A program made the translations under genes and the position numbers. Positions 46,883-56,579 of a stretch of 64,000 nt of DNA are shown here, one piece after another; the first letter of the stretch is position 1; the number at the start of each line of letters is the position of its first letter. Where the stretch lies: positions 6,715 through 70,714 of IMG/VR virus record IMGVR_UViG_3300036792_000107; one strand, given 5' to 3'. Origin of the DNA: a virus. Below the pieces are notes generated by a model. The model was not told the DNA's origin, ran no database searches, and was given only the letters and a program-made list of their open reading frames with translations.

Positions 46883-47131
46883 TTAGGAGAAGAGGTCAGC
46901 GGATATCACGCCGCTTGTCCCGTCGTATTCGACATAGGCGAACTGCGTGGGAGTGCCCGCTTCATTTCGCTCCAGCACGGACCACTGGGTCAGCCATTCT
47001 TCCCCGTGGACGCCTATCTTGACCCAGCCGCCGCCCTCCGCCAGGGAGTTGATCACCAGCATCGCGACGGCCATGTCACCCGCGCACGCCGGGATGTCGA
47101 GGGTGAATTCAGGCGTTTGCAGGTACATCAC
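46883..47131 (-). CDS. hypothetical protein
   Basis: GTGA overlap with thyX. Confidence 0.5.
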   Translation of the reverse strand: MMYLQTPEFTLDIPACAGDMAVAMLVINSLAEGGGWVKIGVHGEEWLTQWSVLERNEAGTPTQFAYVEYDGTSGVISADLFS

Positions 47132-47841
47132 GGCGCGACCCTCCCGTGCTCCTCGAATGCGCGGTAGGTAAAGGGCAGCCGCTGGCGGAAGATGTCCTGC
47201 ATGTCGAGTGCCACCTGCTCGATCTCGTACTGCGGCTTGCTAGGGTAGGCGGCGTCGGGGTCATCGATCCGCAGTGACAGGAAGTTCATCAGCGACCGGG
47301 CGTTCATCGTCACGTAGAAGGACGTGTAGATCGACACCGGCAGGATGGCGCGGGCTACCTCGCGGGCGACGCCGAGGCTCAGCATCATCTCGTACCTGCG
47401 GTAGCACACCGTGGCGGTTTCACGCAGGGTGGCGATGACCTCGGTGTACAGCTCGATGGTGCCGGGCTTCATGACGTAGTGTCCGGGCTTGCCTTCCTGT
47501 ACGAGACCGCGCGCAGGGGCCGGCGTCCAGAACACCGCGTCCAGCTCCTTGTACCTTGCCGACTCTTCGTTGTAGCTGGCGAACCTGTGCCGCATGAACT
47601 CGCGGGCCACGAAGATAGGCGCGTGGACGCGGAACTCGAAGACGGCTTTCTCGAAAGGGGAGCCGTGCCTGTTCTTCACCAGGTAATTGATCAGGCCCTT
47701 GTCACGTTCGCGGTCGTGCACGCCGGTCATGCCGTGCCATGCTTCGGTGGAGACACGGGCCGCATCGCAGACCCGGGCGTCGCTTCCCATGAAATCGACC
47801 AGCTCGACAGTGCAGCCGTCGCGGAAGGTGATGTCACGCAT
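47128..47841 (-). CDS. thyX: flavin-dependent thymidylate synthase
   Basis: HGSPFE, RHR-x7-SARY, ARE.AR..LP, N.RSL.NF..LR. Confidence 0.95.
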   Translation of the reverse strand: MRDITFRDGCTVELVDFMGSDARVCDAARVSTEAWHGMTGVHDRERDKGLINYLVKNRHGSPFEKAVFEFRVHAPIFVAREFMRHRFASYNEESARYKELDAVFWTPAPARGLVQEGKPGHYVMKPGTIELYTEVIATLRETATVCYRRYEMMLSLGVAREVARAILPVSIYTSFYVTMNARSLMNFLSLRIDDPDAAYPSKPQYEIEQVALDMQDIFRQRLPFTYRAFEEHGRVAP

Positions 47842-48034
47842 CCTTTGCCGCCCTCTTCCTCATCCGCTTCGTAGCCGCCAGGGCCTGCATCGCCGCGCCG
47901 TGCTCAGTGGGGGTAGCCGTCATCTCGCGCTCGGCAAAGTCCGCAGCCTCCTGGATAGCACGGTTGATGTCTTCGCGCTCTAGCTTGCGGATGCGGTTCA
48001 GTTTCTTGCGCTCGCGCTTAGCTTTCGTAGTCAT
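47834..48034 (-). CDS. small basic protein
   Basis: leaderless ATG at the promoter +12 position. Confidence 0.6.
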   Translation of the reverse strand: MTTKAKRERKKLNRIRKLEREDINRAIQEAADFAEREMTATPTEHGAAMQALAATKRMRKRAAKDA

Positions 48035-48043
48035 GCCCGTGTT

Positions 48044-48069
48044 AACCCTCCGGACACTAGGAGTATTCC
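48044..48069 (-). promoter_or_regulatory. SigR/SigH-type promoter (leaderless)
   Basis: GGAAT-N18-GTTAACAC; ATG 48034 at +12. Confidence 0.8.
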
Positions 48070-48569
48070 TACTGCCGTGCGCTCTGGATCGTGTCGAACT
48101 CTTCGGCCGTGGCGCAGATGAGGATGTCGTTGGAGTGCACGGTCTCCGGCTCGACAGGATTGAGGTCGGCGTCGTACAGGCGGCTCTCCTCATCGAAGAT
48201 GTCGCGGTTGGACTTGTCGGGGTGAACACGGAAGAAGGTAGCCATAACGGACATCCTACATTAAATGACCAGCCCGGCACGCCCCGAACTGAATCGTATT
48301 CCCAGCAGTACTCATTGTTCCTGATGGTCTCGCGCCACCACCCGAATGTGCCGGGGCCGGTGACTTCCACGTGCGCGAAGTGCGCCATCTCGGTTGCGAG
48401 GCGCAGGGCTTCGTCTTCGCTGTTCGGCCCTATGCGCAGCACGATCACGAAGTCCTCGCCGTACCAGTCGCTTTCGGAGTAGCGGGCTACGGGAGGCTTG
48501 CGCGCGTTGTAGACCTTGCCGTTCGGGCGTACCACAGACCGGGGTTCCATGGGGGTAGTGTAAGAGGGT

Positions 48570-49214
48570 GTGAGAGACACGTGTGGTTGGCTGTTGAAGA
48601 ATGACCCGTCGCGGCCCTGCGTACGGGAACCGGGTCATCCAAACAAGCATAGAGACGCTATCGCCCAGCGACGAGCAGCTGAGAGAACAGCGGCGTACTA
48701 CTGTTCGGACGCGGGCCGAAGGAAGCTGCGCGTTAAGAACACAGTTAAGGTAAGGAAGTATCGTCAGCGGAATCCGGAGAAGATGCGCCGAGACGGAACT
48801 ACCGCGTATCATCGCCGCCGAGCAAGGAAGCAGGCAGTCCCGTCTATAAGCTGGAGCCGAGACGGCCTTATCGCTACTTACGGTGCTACTTGCTGGCTAT
48901 GTAGCAGGTCTTTGTCTGAACGGTGGCACGCCGATCATGTCGTGCCTGTATCTCTGGGAGGCTGGGATGTTCCTTCTAATTTGCGGCCCGCTTGTGCGAG
49001 CTGTAATAGCCGAAAGTGTAATCAACTAGTAGGAGATCTTACTATCATTTGGTCGGCTATATTTTCGATGAGACTATGGTTTGGAGGAGGGAAGGCATTA
49101 TGGCCCTGCTGGACGAAGAGAACGGCATCCCCCGCAAGCACGTGCGCGGGCCGACTCCGCAGTACGCGAAGATGCCGCGCGCCGGCAGGGTTATCATCGA
49201 CCCCGCGAAGCTGA
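48570..49214 (+). CDS. HNH endonuclease
   Basis: CWLC....HADHVVP.S.GG....NLRPAC.SCN.RK. Confidence 0.8.
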   Translation: MRDTCGWLLKNDPSRPCVREPGHPNKHRDAIAQRRAAERTAAYYCSDAGRRKLRVKNTVKVRKYRQRNPEKMRRDGTTAYHRRRARKQAVPSISWSRDGLIATYGATCWLCSRSLSERWHADHVVPVSLGGWDVPSNLRPACASCNSRKCNQLVGDLTIIWSAIFSMRLWFGGGKALWPCWTKRTASPASTCAGRLRSTRRCRAPAGLSSTPRS

Positions 49215-49429
49215 GGTACTGGAGGCACTGCCGCCTGATGACCAGGGCGCAGCTGGCAGCCGCAGCCAGGATGTCGGAGGAGTCTGTGCGGTCGTACGAG
49301 CGCGGCCGGAGGTTTCCGAGGGAGTCGGCGTTCCGGCGTCTTTTTATCTCCCTCGGAATATCACCGGAAGACCTGCTGTTTGAGGATTGCAGGTACGTAA
49401 GAGCGACTACGGAGGAAGACGATGACTGA
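49100..49429 (+). CDS. XRE-family HTH regulator
   Basis: LR..R....T..QLA......S...V..YERG.R.P...LG.S.EDL. Confidence 0.8.
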   Translation: MALLDEENGIPRKHVRGPTPQYAKMPRAGRVIIDPAKLRYWRHCRLMTRAQLAAAARMSEESVRSYERGRRFPRESAFRRLFISLGISPEDLLFEDCRYVRATTEEDDD

Positions 49430-49584
49430 CACCCAGACTGTGCGAGCCGGAGACATCGGCGAAGAAGGAGAGACGAAGCGCATCATCCTGATACCGATGC
49501 CTGAGACCGCGCCCGTGGAGGAGCCGTCGCCCGAGGTCGTGCCCGCTGCCGAGCCGGTGCCTGCTTAACCACACGGGGGTAACC

Positions 49585-50448
49585 ATGAGCGAAAAAGAGA
49601 AGATCACCAGCACGGGCATGCACGGCTTCTCGGAGCACGGTGCCCCCGGCGAGTGGGACATGGCGGTCGGGGAGGTCTACGGCTACCGCTGGTGGAAGCT
49701 GAAGATCGACCCGGCCCTGGCCGGCTACGCGCGGCAATTCCATAGTCCGGGAGCCATAGACGCTCGGCTGTCCGGGGCCAACAACGGGATCTGGAGTACC
49801 GGCAAGAACGAAGCGCAGTGCACGAGCGCCCAGACCATGATCCCTTCGTGGGAAGACCTGTTCGCCGGCCGCAAGCCCCTAGTCCACGAGCCGCCGGAGT
49901 ACCGGGTGTCCTGCGGGTGCGGCTTCTGGGCGTACTTCGACAAGGAGCTGGACGTAACCAACGTTATCGGCGGCATGGCCGGCCCGAACCCGTACTTTAC
50001 GAGCGCTACCGCGATGATCCCTATCTTCGGGGTAGTCAAGGGAACGGGCCGCGTCATCATCGGCGAGAAAGGATTCCGTTCCCAGTACGCCCAGATCATA
50101 GGGCTGTGCGTGCCGCCGAAAGCGGTGGAGCAGCTAGGCTGGGCGTACATCGAGGAACGCAAGAGCTTCTACGCCCCGGGCGGCTGCATCGGTTCTACCC
50201 TGGGCCGCGCCCTGACAGGAGGGCCGGGCGTGTACTACGCCTATGATGAGCCCAGGTACCAGAGCGTATCCAAGGCCGACGACACGGAAAGGATCAGGCG
50301 AATCGCGGAGGTAGAGGGGATTCTCTCGCGTACCTACCCGAGCGCCCGGATCTTCTCCGACCAGGAGGCGCTGACGAAGTACTTCCCGCCGGACAAGAAC
50401 TACGCGCCGAAACCGAAACCCGCTAATTCGTGGTGGACTTTCGGGTAG
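49585..50448 (+). CDS. hypothetical phage protein
   Basis: GYRWW...HEPP....CGCGFWAY...GVV.G.GRV..G..GFR. Confidence 0.7.
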   Translation: MSEKEKITSTGMHGFSEHGAPGEWDMAVGEVYGYRWWKLKIDPALAGYARQFHSPGAIDARLSGANNGIWSTGKNEAQCTSAQTMIPSWEDLFAGRKPLVHEPPEYRVSCGCGFWAYFDKELDVTNVIGGMAGPNPYFTSATAMIPIFGVVKGTGRVIIGEKGFRSQYAQIIGLCVPPKAVEQLGWAYIEERKSFYAPGGCIGSTLGRALTGGPGVYYAYDEPRYQSVSKADDTERIRRIAEVEGILSRTYPSARIFSDQEALTKYFPPDKNYAPKPKPANSWWTFG

Positions 50449-50453
50449 GCGGC

Positions 50454-50486
50454 CGAAGCCCAGGACGAAAATCGTCCTGGGCTTCG
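50454..50486. terminator. bidirectional terminator
   Basis: CGAAGCCCAGGACGA-AAA-TCGTCCTGGGCTTCG between convergent genes. Confidence 0.8.
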
Positions 50487-50798
50487 CTAGTCCTTGGGAA
50501 CGACCGTGCCTTCGAGCACAGGTTCCTCGGCCTTGGGAGCCTCTTGCTGCATCGCCTGTACGGCCTTGGCCAGCTCGACAACCCAGGAGCTTGCTTCCTT
50601 CGCGGTGAGCGCGACGGTCATGGTTGTAGACGGAGTCCGCACGGTGAAGAGGAGGTGCGATCCCGTTTCCAGGTCCATCACGCCGATGCTCAAGGCGGAA
50701 GGTGTGGTCGCCAGCAGGTGGTTCGACGGGTCGGTCAGCTCGAACTTAGGCGGCTCGGGAGTTTTCGGGGCACCCTTGGGCTTGCGCGTTGTCGTCAT
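50487..50798 (-). CDS. hypothetical protein
   Basis: last gene of the tail block. Confidence 0.55.
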   Translation of the reverse strand: MTTTRKPKGAPKTPEPPKFELTDPSNHLLATTPSALSIGVMDLETGSHLLFTVRTPSTTMTVALTAKEASSWVVELAKAVQAMQQEAPKAEEPVLEGTVVPKD

Positions 50799-50807
50799 GG
50801 GTGTATC

Positions 50808-51137
50808 TTACTGGGCGTTCCACAGAAGGCTGAGCGGCCCTGTGAAATCGGTTGCCGTAGTTAGGGTCGCGTTCCCGGTGGCCAGGGCGACGATGGTCTC
50901 CATGTTGGTTAGCAGGTTGAGCGCGAGCTGTGCGTCGGAGATGCCGCCGGGATTGTCCGCGTTGGCAGCGGAACCGTAGCCGCACGCCACGAGATAGTCC
51001 AGGGCGTTTCCGGTGCTGTTCACCTGCTTGGACAGGTTTGCCGCCGACTGGACGACGTTGCGCATCTGGAGTGCGATGCCTGTGAGGGCATTGTTGATGG
51101 TTGCGTTGGTGGGCTGGGTGCCTACGCCGATAGTCAT
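50808..51137 (-). CDS. hypothetical virion-associated protein
   Basis: follows the tail protein; AGGTAGG RBS. Confidence 0.6.
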   Translation of the reverse strand: MTIGVGTQPTNATINNALTGIALQMRNVVQSAANLSKQVNSTGNALDYLVACGYGSAANADNPGGISDAQLALNLLTNMETIVALATGNATLTTATDFTGPLSLLWNAQ

Positions 51138-51170
51138 GGTTGCTATCCTACCTTTCCGTGCACGTTATGC

Positions 51171-54100
51171 TTAAATCCTCTCGAAGGTGGACGCAATGCC
51201 CGTTATTGAACAGGTACCGTTCACTGCGCAATAGATAGCCATAGTTGTGGACACCGTGGTGTTGACTGAGACTGCACCATAGCCGCCCGTTGTGTTGCCA
51301 TTGACCCCGACAGCAGCCGCAGGGTTTGCTCCGTTGCCGAGGACGACGGCGGTTTTGAAATGTGCGGTGCCGCTGCTTCCTGTGGTGACGATAATGACGT
51401 CGGCGGTAGACTCCCACTGAAACACGCTGGGCAGACTAGAGAAGTTTGCTTCGCCCTGCGGGCCGCTGCCGAATGCTTCCGTCTGCCACCAGTTGGTGCT
51501 GCCGCTGCTGTAAGTACCATACCCCCATGCGCGCAGCCGGTAGCAGGTTCCGGCGACGGCATCATTAGCCGGTATGGTGAAGGAGGCCGTGACCGCAGTC
51601 GCAGAACCACTGTTAGCTGTACGCGGTGCGTCTGTTGAGTTACCCTGCGAGAGTGAGATGCCGGCACGGTAACCCGACTTGGTGATGATGTTCGGGCCGG
51701 CCCCTGTGCTGTAAAGAATCGCGGCGTTGGTGGCGGTCGGTGCGGCCGGGTTGGGAGCGCCGTACAGCTCCAGGTTCTGGAAGCTGCCGCCCGTCACGTA
51801 GCTGTTGCCGTACTCGTCGGTTCCCGCTGCCGGGCTGATGGCGGCGACCAGGGTCTGGCCTGAGGTGTAGGTGAAGAACACCTTGCCGTCTGCGCCGTTG
51901 CCGCCGTGGAAGGTGCCCGCCGTGGTCTTCGTGCCGGTGATGATGAGCTGTACGTTCGGGTTGAAGTAGCCGTAGAAGTGCGCGTCCAGGGGGTTGGACG
52001 CGTACAGCGACGCACCGAGGATGACTGAGTCCATCGACCCTGCGGCGATGCCCGCGCCGAACCCTGTGCCGAGACCGAAGTGGTGCGTCTCGCCCTCTCC
52101 GGTGGTGCCGTTGCCGATCTGGTTGATGGTCAGCCCTGTCGGGAACGTTCCCAGCTGGCCGTTGCCTACCCTCGTGGCACCGTAGGACAGGGCGACTGTC
52201 ATGCCGGAGCTGTAGTAGGAGTGTTCGTTGGTGATGACCAGCACAGCGTCTGTGATCGTGTACCCGGAGAAGTCAGAGGTGACGGTGGCGTACGGGAACT
52301 GCATGATCGACCGCTGCGTGCCGTTGACCGTGCCGCCCGACGCTGTTTCGCCGCCCTGGTACAGCTGTACTGCCGTGCGCAGTCCGTTCGGGGTGCCGTT
52401 GGTGGCGTCGGGGCCGTAGTAGGAACCCACCCAGTTGGGGCTGTAGGTCTTGGTGAGAACGCCGCCTGTGGACGTGCCCTTGCCGGCACCGCCGCCGCCC
52501 GCACCGGGAGCTGATCCGTTTGATCCGTTGCCGCCGTTGCTGCCGCCCGTTCCTCCGGCCGCGCCGCCGCTGGCTCCCGCCGCGCCTCCCGCGCTGCCCG
52601 TGGAAGACGAAGCGTTCGCGGCGTTGCCGCCAGGACCCTGCGAGCCGGCCGAGCCGCCGCCGCCGCCCGCTCCGCCGGACGAAGATCCGTTGCCGCCGTT
52701 GCCGCCGTTTTCGGAGACAACGTCCTGCGGCGACGTAACGAAGCCGCCGCCTCCGTTGCCGTAGCCGCCGTCCGCGACCACGCCGCTCTCGCTGTCGAAG
52801 AAGCTGTCGCCGCCGTCGTCGCCGTTCCCGTTGCCGGTGGAGTTTCCGGCCCCGCCCGCGCCGACCGTGTAGTAGATCGTCTCGCCGGGTGTTACCGGGT
52901 AGTTCCAGTTAGCGGCCCACGCGCCGCCGCCTCCGCCGCTGCCGCCCGTGCCCGTGCTGCCGCCGTTACCGCCCGCGCCCGCGCCGTAGCACTGCACCTG
53001 GACAGAGGTCGTGGTCGCCGGGACTACCCAGCTGTACGTGCCTCCCGTTGCCTGGGTGACGTTCGTGGTCACGGAGGTGTAGACGAGCAGCTGGCCGCCT
53101 GTGGAGTCGAAGGTGACCTGCGTCTCCGTCATCGAGCCGCCCGTGATCTGCGGGGTCGTGATCGACGCCTGGTCTACGACGCCGCCTTCGAAGGTGGTGT
53201 TCGTGATCGTAGTCGAGTCGATGTCCAGGCCGCTGATGACACCCTGGCCGACGTACAGGCCCGCCGGGTAGGTGTTGCCGTAGGAGTCGGTGCCGCCGCT
53301 GCTGGACCAGGAGCCGATCAGGTTGCCGCCGCCCGCCGTGCCCGAGTAGAGCAGCATCTGGCCGCCCGTGCCGTCCGCTACGAAATTTGCACCCGTGATC
53401 GTAGTTCCGTTGACTGCCCCAGCGAGTACGATGCCCGCCTGGATGTTGCTTGCCAGGATGGTGTTAGCCGCGATCTGGGTGGTGGTCACAGCGTTCGCTG
53501 CGATGGTCCCGGCAACTACCGCGTTCGCTGCGATGGTGCCTGCGGTTACGGCGTTCGCTGCGATCTTCCCGGCGATCACGGCGTTTGCTGCGATAAGGCT
53601 GGCGGTGACGCTGGACGCCGCGATTGCGTTGGTGCCGTACTGGTAGGCAACCCACGTGGAGCCGTTCCACTGCTTGAGTTCGTTGCCGTTGGAGCTGTCG
53701 AACCACAGGTCGTTGGTGTGCGGGCTGGACGGGGCAGTGCTGGAAATGGTGGCCCCGATGCCGCCGATAGACGACGCGGTGAATGCGACCTGTCCGGCGG
53801 TGATGCCGGCTGACGAAGAGAGCTGGCTTCCCAGGATTCCCGCCGTCGGAGATATCTGCTGGTAGGTGATCGTGTTGTTGGAGATCTGGATGTTCGTGAT
53901 CGTTGAGGCGGCGAGCTGTGTGCCGGTAATTCCGGCGTTAGCGTTGATCTGGCTGTTCGTGATCGTGCCGTTGGCGATCTGCGCGTTGGTGATCTGGAGG
54001 CTGCCGATCTGACCGCCCTGGATGTTCGCGGTACTTGACAGCTGTGAGCCGGTAATGCCTGCGGTGCCTGATATCTGGCTGGCAGTGATCTGGGCGGTGC

Positions 54101-56576
54101 CGATGTTAAGCGCGGTGATAGTACCGTTGGCCAGGTTTCCGCCGACGCCGCCCGTAATGGAAGCGGCCACGATGTTAGTGCCGGTAATGCTTGCCGAAGC
54201 GATGTTCCCACCGGAGCCTCCGGTAATTGTGCCTACGCCGATGTTAGCCCCGGTAATAGAGGCAGAGGCAATGTTTCCGCCCGGTCCCCCAGTAATGGTG
54301 CCGTTTGCTATCTGCGTTCCGGTGATGGTAGCTGACGCTATGTTCCCGCTAGGACCGCCTGTGATAGTAGCCGCCGCAATGTTCGACCCGGTGATCGTCG
54401 CGCTGCCGATGTTGGTTCCGGTGATCACGCCGTTGGCAATGTTGGTACCGAGGATGGTGGCCTGGGCGATGTTGTTCGCCTGGATGGTACCGTCCGCGAT
54501 GTTGCTGCCGCCCACGGCAGCCTGCGCCAGGTTCGCGCCGATGATAGCGCCCTCTGCTATCATCGCGCCCGTAACGGTGCCCGCTGTGCCCTGCGTGACC
54601 GGGGTTCCCGGAATCTGCTGCGTGGCAGACACGCCGGGGTTGTAGCTGGATTCCCATGGAGCTTCGGGAATGGTGTTGTAGACGATATTCCACACGTACT
54701 GGTTGAAGTTCTCGGTCCAGCCCCACACCAGCTGCTTCTGGGTGGACGGGCCGCCGAACGAGGGCACGTTGACTACCGTCAGGTAGTCGCCGATGCGCAT
54801 TGACGGTCCCTTGTTGAACAGGGGGGCCGACGCCGGGTTCGCCAGCTGCGTCGTGATGTTCGGGTAGCGCAGCGCCACGGTGGTTCCGCAGTTCAGCAGC
54901 TGGATCGCGAGGGCGTTCACGGCGTCGTGGCGGTTGAAGGCGATGAAGGTGTTCTGCGAGTAGGTGTAGCCGTTGCCTACGCCGTTCGGCGGCGGCTGGA
55001 CGGAGGCCGCGCCGTTTTCCAGGAAAACCTCTACCGTGTAGCCGTCGTAGTTGACGAGCGTGATGTCGTTGCGGATCAGCGCGTCGTCGGCCGCCGCAGC
55101 CATCGGCTGCCCTACCTGGTGCGCCGCGTAGTCGAGCGTCATGGCGGAACTCTGGTTCTGGAGGCTCGCCATGGTGCGGTAGCCGAGCCCGAACTGGTCC
55201 AGGGTTTCGTAGATCTGGCCGCCGTCGCTGTACTCGATGTCCTGGAACACGTTCATCAGGGTGTCATCGACCTGCGGTCCCTGGGGAAGGCCCGTGCCGG
55301 TGCCGATGATCTCGCAGCCGATGCCCTCTTCCGCGCATATGCGCGCGAACCTCGCGTCGGCGGTTTCTTCCTGGTAGCCGCCCAGCGGCGCTACGGCGTC
55401 TCCGATCGGCGCGTTGCTGTAGAGGACGACGGTCTGCCCCACCGCCGTGCCGCTGTAGTTGCCGCCGGGGTTGAAGATCACGGACGTGGCGTCGTCTACG
55501 TTGCCGGGGATCTGGCCGCTGACAGAGCCGTAGTAGCCCGTGCTCAGCTGCTCTACGATGTTCAGGCTCCAGTAGATGTTGGAGCCGCTGGGGGTGAGCC
55601 CGACCTGCACGAGCATGGGAACGCCCCACGTGGTGACCCCCGTGATGCTGCCGCTGAACAAGTCGGTGCCCGAGGAGTTGTACCCTGTGATGGTGATCGG
55701 TGCCTCGGCGTCGGTGCCGAGCGACACGTCCACGCCGCTCAGCGTTCCCGTCAGGTGAAGCCGCGCCAGCGGGCCGCTGACCGTGCTTCCCTCGCCGCCC
55801 GAAGGCGGGAAGAGGCAGAACCGCCAGATCATGTTCGTCGGGTTGCTGTTGGTGCTGATGGTGCCGGACAGCTCGGCGCGGTTCAGGGTCGGGATGGCGT
55901 CAGATCCACGGAAGTTGCCGCAGCTGCCGAGCGACGGGGTGCCGCCGACGATGACCATGTTCGCCTGGCCGCTTACGTTGCTGGCGAAGCTGGTCGATCC
56001 GCTGCCGTCTTCCATGGGCCAGTAGGCGGCAAGCGTGTAGTTGCTGGCCAGCCGGTTGTTGAACCGCGTGTACGGGCTGCCGATGGTGGAAACGGAATTG
56101 GCCTGGGAAATGCGCCGCAGAATGCCGGAAGCGGTTATCTGGCAGTAGACGTCGTGCCCCGTGACATCCCATTCCGGGGGCCATTCGCTGACTTCACCCC
56201 AGAAACGGTAGCCGCTGTACGCTACGCCTGTCACGGAGTAGTCGTTGACGCTGAGCCGCAGTTGGGTGTTGAGTTGCACGTAAGGGTAGTAAGCGCCGCT
56301 CGTGTTCTCGGGAGTGAACCGGCCGTCCGCGTTCCGCAGCGTCAGCGTCAGCTGCATAGGCGTTGCCGTCGTGGTTTCGTCGGTGCGCCCGTAAGTGGAA
56401 ACCAGGTTGTCCCGGACCAGGACGTAAGAGGTGATGTCGGTCCAGGTCGTGTTTACCAGGAGTTCGACCTTGAGGTTAAGGTGGTGGTACGGAAACCCTG
56501 TGGGCGTAATCCGGGTGCCGGTGAACCTCGCCGACGCGGTAGCTGTAGCGGTAAACGCGCCGTTGTAAGATGTCAA
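51171..56576 (-). CDS. large minor tail / tail fibre protein
   Basis: W.DIT..V...GR.DE..L.N.DGRF.P.N..G.YYP N-terminus; AYWPM.D; IA..TIT...N repeats; Gly-rich domain. Confidence 0.85.
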   Translation of the reverse strand: MTSYNGAFTATATASARFTGTRITPTGFPYHHLNLKVELLVNTTWTDITSYVLVRDNLVSTYGRTDETTTATPMQLTLTLRNADGRFTPENTSGAYYPYVQLNTQLRLSVNDYSVTGVAYSGYRFWGEVSEWPPEWDVTGHDVYCQITASGILRRISQANSVSTIGSPYTRFNNRLASNYTLAAYWPMEDGSGSTSFASNVSGQANMVIVGGTPSLGSCGNFRGSDAIPTLNRAELSGTISTNSNPTNMIWRFCLFPPSGGEGSTVSGPLARLHLTGTLSGVDVSLGTDAEAPITITGYNSSGTDLFSGSITGVTTWGVPMLVQVGLTPSGSNIYWSLNIVEQLSTGYYGSVSGQIPGNVDDATSVIFNPGGNYSGTAVGQTVVLYSNAPIGDAVAPLGGYQEETADARFARICAEEGIGCEIIGTGTGLPQGPQVDDTLMNVFQDIEYSDGGQIYETLDQFGLGYRTMASLQNQSSAMTLDYAAHQVGQPMAAAADDALIRNDITLVNYDGYTVEVFLENGAASVQPPPNGVGNGYTYSQNTFIAFNRHDAVNALAIQLLNCGTTVALRYPNITTQLANPASAPLFNKGPSMRIGDYLTVVNVPSFGGPSTQKQLVWGWTENFNQYVWNIVYNTIPEAPWESSYNPGVSATQQIPGTPVTQGTAGTVTGAMIAEGAIIGANLAQAAVGGSNIADGTIQANNIAQATILGTNIANGVITGTNIGSATITGSNIAAATITGGPSGNIASATITGTQIANGTITGGPGGNIASASITGANIGVGTITGGSGGNIASASITGTNIVAASITGGVGGNLANGTITALNIGTAQITASQISGTAGITGSQLSSTANIQGGQIGSLQITNAQIANGTITNSQINANAGITGTQLAASTITNIQISNNTITYQQISPTAGILGSQLSSSAGITAGQVAFTASSIGGIGATISSTAPSSPHTNDLWFDSSNGNELKQWNGSTWVAYQYGTNAIAASSVTASLIAANAVIAGKIAANAVTAGTIAANAVVAGTIAANAVTTTQIAANTILASNIQAGIVLAGAVNGTTITGANFVADGTGGQMLLYSGTAGGGNLIGSWSSSGGTDSYGNTYPAGLYVGQGVISGLDIDSTTITNTTFEGGVVDQASITTPQITGGSMTETQVTFDSTGGQLLVYTSVTTNVTQATGGTYSWVVPATTTSVQVQCYGAGAGGNGGSTGTGGSGGGGGAWAANWNYPVTPGETIYYTVGAGGAGNSTGNGNGDDGGDSFFDSESGVVADGGYGNGGGGFVTSPQDVVSENGGNGGNGSSSGGAGGGGGSAGSQGPGGNAANASSSTGSAGGAAGASGGAAGGTGGSNGGNGSNGSAPGAGGGGAGKGTSTGGVLTKTYSPNWVGSYYGPDATNGTPNGLRTAVQLYQGGETASGGTVNGTQRSIMQFPYATVTSDFSGYTITDAVLVITNEHSYYSSGMTVALSYGATRVGNGQLGTFPTGLTINQIGNGTTGEGETHHFGLGTGFGAGIAAGSMDSVILGASLYASNPLDAHFYGYFNPNVQLIITGTKTTAGTFHGGNGADGKVFFTYTSGQTLVAAISPAAGTDEYGNSYVTGGSFQNLELYGAPNPAAPTATNAAILYSTGAGPNIITKSGYRAGISLSQGNSTDAPRTANSGSATAVTASFTIPANDAVAGTCYRLRAWGYGTYSSGSTNWWQTEAFGSGPQGEANFSSLPSVFQWESTADVIIVTTGSSGTAHFKTAVVLGNGANPAAAVGVNGNTTGGYGAVSVNTTVSTTMAIYCAVNGTCSITGIASTFERI

Positions 56577-56579
56577 CTG

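Noticed and set aside
2196-48046. Integron attC sites suggested by GTT at gene boundaries
   Set aside because: There is no consistent GTTRRRY, inverse core or integrase; the fixed GGAAT-N18 spacing and ATG at +12 fit promoters.
47834-48580. Single 248-aa - strand ORF
   Set aside because: The frame spans a promoter with its own ATG at 48034 and overlaps the 48069-48254 ORF; it is more likely separate small genes, and the true end of the upstream part is unclear.
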